A stretch of 64,000 bases of DNA from Takakia lepidozioides. Its lineage: Eukaryota > Plantae > Bryophyta. Positions 61,183 to 64,000 of this stretch are shown here, in pieces (positions within the stretch are counted from its first letter, which is position 1; each line of letters starts with the position of its first letter). The notes beneath the pieces are model-generated. The model had not been told where the DNA came from. It made no database searches and was given only the letters and a program-made list of their open reading frames with translations. The translations under genes were made by a program, and so were the position numbers. The DNA is taken from positions 60,884,001-60,948,000 of the forward strand of contig CM060731.1 of NCBI GenBank assembly GCA_030704615.1, given 5' to 3'.

Positions 61183-64000
61183 TGTTGGAAACGGATACTG
61201 CCGGGCGGCACCAGACCACTGATAACGGCTATGCTACGAGGGACAGACAACGAGGGTCACAACGGGACATACCGGGTAGTGATGGACGTACACTACCTGG
61301 GCCACAGGCAGAGATGGCTAAGTACGCGGTACTTAGCCAATGGTGGGACAAGGGTACATTACCACGAGAGCAGTAGTGGGTAGTGTAGTAACCGTGAGCC
61401 GTGAACCACGATATCACACGACCACGTTAGCATCGGCTTTAACCAATAGAGGGAGTAGTAGACCGTTTACCACTATGGCTCACGACCACTGCAACGAGCC
61501 ACTTTTTAGCAAACCTTTTAGGTTGCGTAGGCAGTTAGGCAAACGGTCATTATCGACTGCAAGCTGTAACGGCTCTTTCGAGCATAGTATAAAAAGACTG
61601 CACGCAACTTAGAGGGTGTGCAGTATGAGTATCAGGGATCAGTGTGTACTTCTGTGATGATGTGACGAGCTATGAAGTAAAGCCATGCTATTCGAAGTAT
61701 CTCTGTGTAGAGTGAATGTGAGATGGAGAGAATGTGCATTATGAGATAATGTGAGATGGTGAGAATGTGTATCATCTCAGAATAGTTCTTGTTTTGTCTT
61801 GACTACCCTCTGTTGTATGAACCAAGAGGCTTCAGTCATTTTGACTAAAATCTTTTATATTAAGAGACTGTGGATTGGGCTTAATCAATAGGATTAAGTA
61901 GCCTACAGGGATATGGTTTCATATGACGTTCATGGTTTAGCTATCCTTAAAACGATTACTTTGTAATCGTTTCTGAAAGCATACCGTCGGACAACCTCTG
62001 TTGCATGTCTTAGGAAATGGGCAGTAGTGTCGATAGTCTGTTTTGTCTAAGTCATAAACCAGCGGTTAACATTTGGCGACCATACTGGGGACTAATGGTA
62101 TGTTGAGTTCAAGAGTATTCAAAGAAGGATGGTTACTCAGTGATTTCTTGAAATCACGATAGAATGAGTCAACGGAAGCAATGGAATGGAAAACATTCCT
62201 GATAAAATTTCATGGCTTACCAATAGCAATACAACAGAAGATCTTTCTTTCAGTTGCGAAAGAAGATGACAAATGGGGATTGAAGGGAGGAGTGATCAGT
62301 ATTACACGATCACCTTGGGAATGTAGAATCAGAAGTGAAGGATGGTTGTCTCGTTTAGCTTTATTGATTACTCTAATCCCAATTAGAAAAGTTTGCTACA
62401 CTAGTTATATTTTCAAAGAAGGATGTTCGAATTATGAATATTGTCACACGACCATAGAAGCAGTGGAGTACTGGATACCCAAAGACTTATTGCAAGTCAG
62501 ATACACTGAAAAAGACAGATGGTATTCTTGTGCCCATTAAAAGTTTGGTGATCAATCAGTAAAAAGGAAAATTAAGTCGTAATACAGATTCTGGCAAGAT
62601 GGGATAAATCTTGAAGAAATGGTAGAGACCACTATAAATTTTCTTTACTGACATACCAAGACTGTTTAAAGGGTGCCAAAAAAGAATTTTGCATATGATG
62701 TGGGAATGAATGAGGAAATTAAAGAAAAAACTAAACAAGACAGAGCTGAACGAATAGAGAAATATGCTGCAGAAATGGAGGCTCGGTTCAGAGAAGAGTT
62801 CCCAGAATTACAGAACTTGAAAATTATTCAAGGTGAAACATCAAGACAAATTAACAGTGATAAACCAGAAGATCAGGAAATCGGATCGGTGGGAAGTGAG
62901 AACACTACACCAGAAGAAGTTGCCAGTAATGTATTTGGTGAATGGTTACCACAAGAAAGATCTGAAGGACCTTCTACAGTAACAAGCCCAAATCGAGGTT
63001 TTGCTGAAATATTAGAAGGAAGATTTGAGAACATTTTGAGTGAAGAAGGTGAAAGAAGTGAAAGCACTTCTCCAGAAATGATAACCAGAACTGCACGCAA
63101 AGCTTTTAAAGATTCATTAAGCTTAGTAGGGACAACAGCTAGAAGACGGCTATCATTGGGACAAGGACCTCCTAGGTTTGAATCACTATTTGGAAGACAA
63201 ACACCAACACCACCATAGCCAGTAGCAGCAACCGGTTGCACCAGCTGCACCGATGGCTTTAGCAGCAAGCAAAACCAGACCACCATTTCCTTTATATGAT
63301 GGGAAATCTGATCCAGATATTCATCTGAATCAATTTGAAAACATGTGCACCATTTACAATGAAGCAACAGACCAAGAGAAGATCCGACTATTTCCTTGTT
63401 CAATGGCTCGGAAAGGCATTGAATGGTTGGCAACTTTCCCAGCCAATCACTTTGCAAATTGGGCGGATATGAGAGCTCCGTTTCAAGAAAGATATAGATC
63501 CAACAAATCCACATCTGAAATCTTCACAGGATTACAGAACCTGAGATAGAAAAAGAAAGAATTGGTAGTCAACTATCTGGAGAGAATGAAGACTCTGATC
63601 AGGAAGCTACCTCAAGCACCAGGGGATGATTTGCAAAAATCATGGTTCATCAATGGACTTCGTCCTGAATACGTAACCATGGTTACAGTCATGCCTAACA
63701 ACACTTTGGCTAAAGCAGTAGGGACTGCAAAGAAGTTGGAATTGGGATTCCATCAGAGCAGAAGCAAAGATTCCAAGGATCCCTTGGAAGAAGAAGACTC
63801 TGATGATGAAGAAAAGCCCAAGCAAAAGAAGAAAGAAGTGATTGACAAAACCACTTTGGATCAGAAGATAGCAGAGGCTATCAAGAATTTTAAAGATGAA
63901 GGGCCACGAAAGGCAACATGGTGTCACAAATGCGGGACTACAGGACACCTGGCAATGGAATGTCACATGAAAGACAAATACTGTGATATTTGTCATATGA
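61183..64000 (+). mobile_element. Third, more diverged Gypsy element: LTR ~61183-62071, PBS 62074-62090, 5' extra ORF, gag with stops; runs off the window
   Basis: Same PBS; PFPLYDGKSDPDIHLNQF..LFPCSM; WCHKCGTTGHLAMEC; stops at 63216 and 63547. LTR start uncertain (61168 or 61183). Confidence 0.87.

Overview
Repeat-dense eukaryotic DNA, most likely a non-seed land plant (inferred from spliceosomal GT-AG introns, an ABCB6/20-like exon fragment and plant-type LTR, CACTA and L1 elements). It contains a 500-N scaffold gap and almost everything is nested transposable elements. (i) Three copies of a Mutator-like (MULE) element whose DDE transposase has an N-terminal GCM-like zinc domain and a C-terminal SWIM finger. 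(ii) One full-length Ty3/Gypsy element (21017-34367; 5-bp TSD; extra ORFs both 5' and 3' of gag-pol) plus two partial relatives. (iii) A CACTA end with a TnpA-like gene, a Sola-like/GHTHEDID transposase, L1-like fragments and a decayed cassette of three NIF/FCP1-like HAD domains. The most unusual feature is the first MULE (at least 15.5 kb). Divergent from its transposase it carries a spliced gene predicted to fuse a ParB/Srx-like (DGNHR) domain to a beta-class N4C/N6A DNA-methyltransferase fold. Between the two genes lie about 32 palindromes (GGAAATGCGGYRCCGCATTTCC) mostly at a 53-bp period, about 5 helical turns. A sister family has a compensated palindrome (GGAAATTCGGCGCCGAATTTCC) spaced at 53, 74 and 96 bp. 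Many single-base frameshifts may be assembly errors, so pseudogene status is uncertain. All domain calls are by-eye motif matches; no database search was run.
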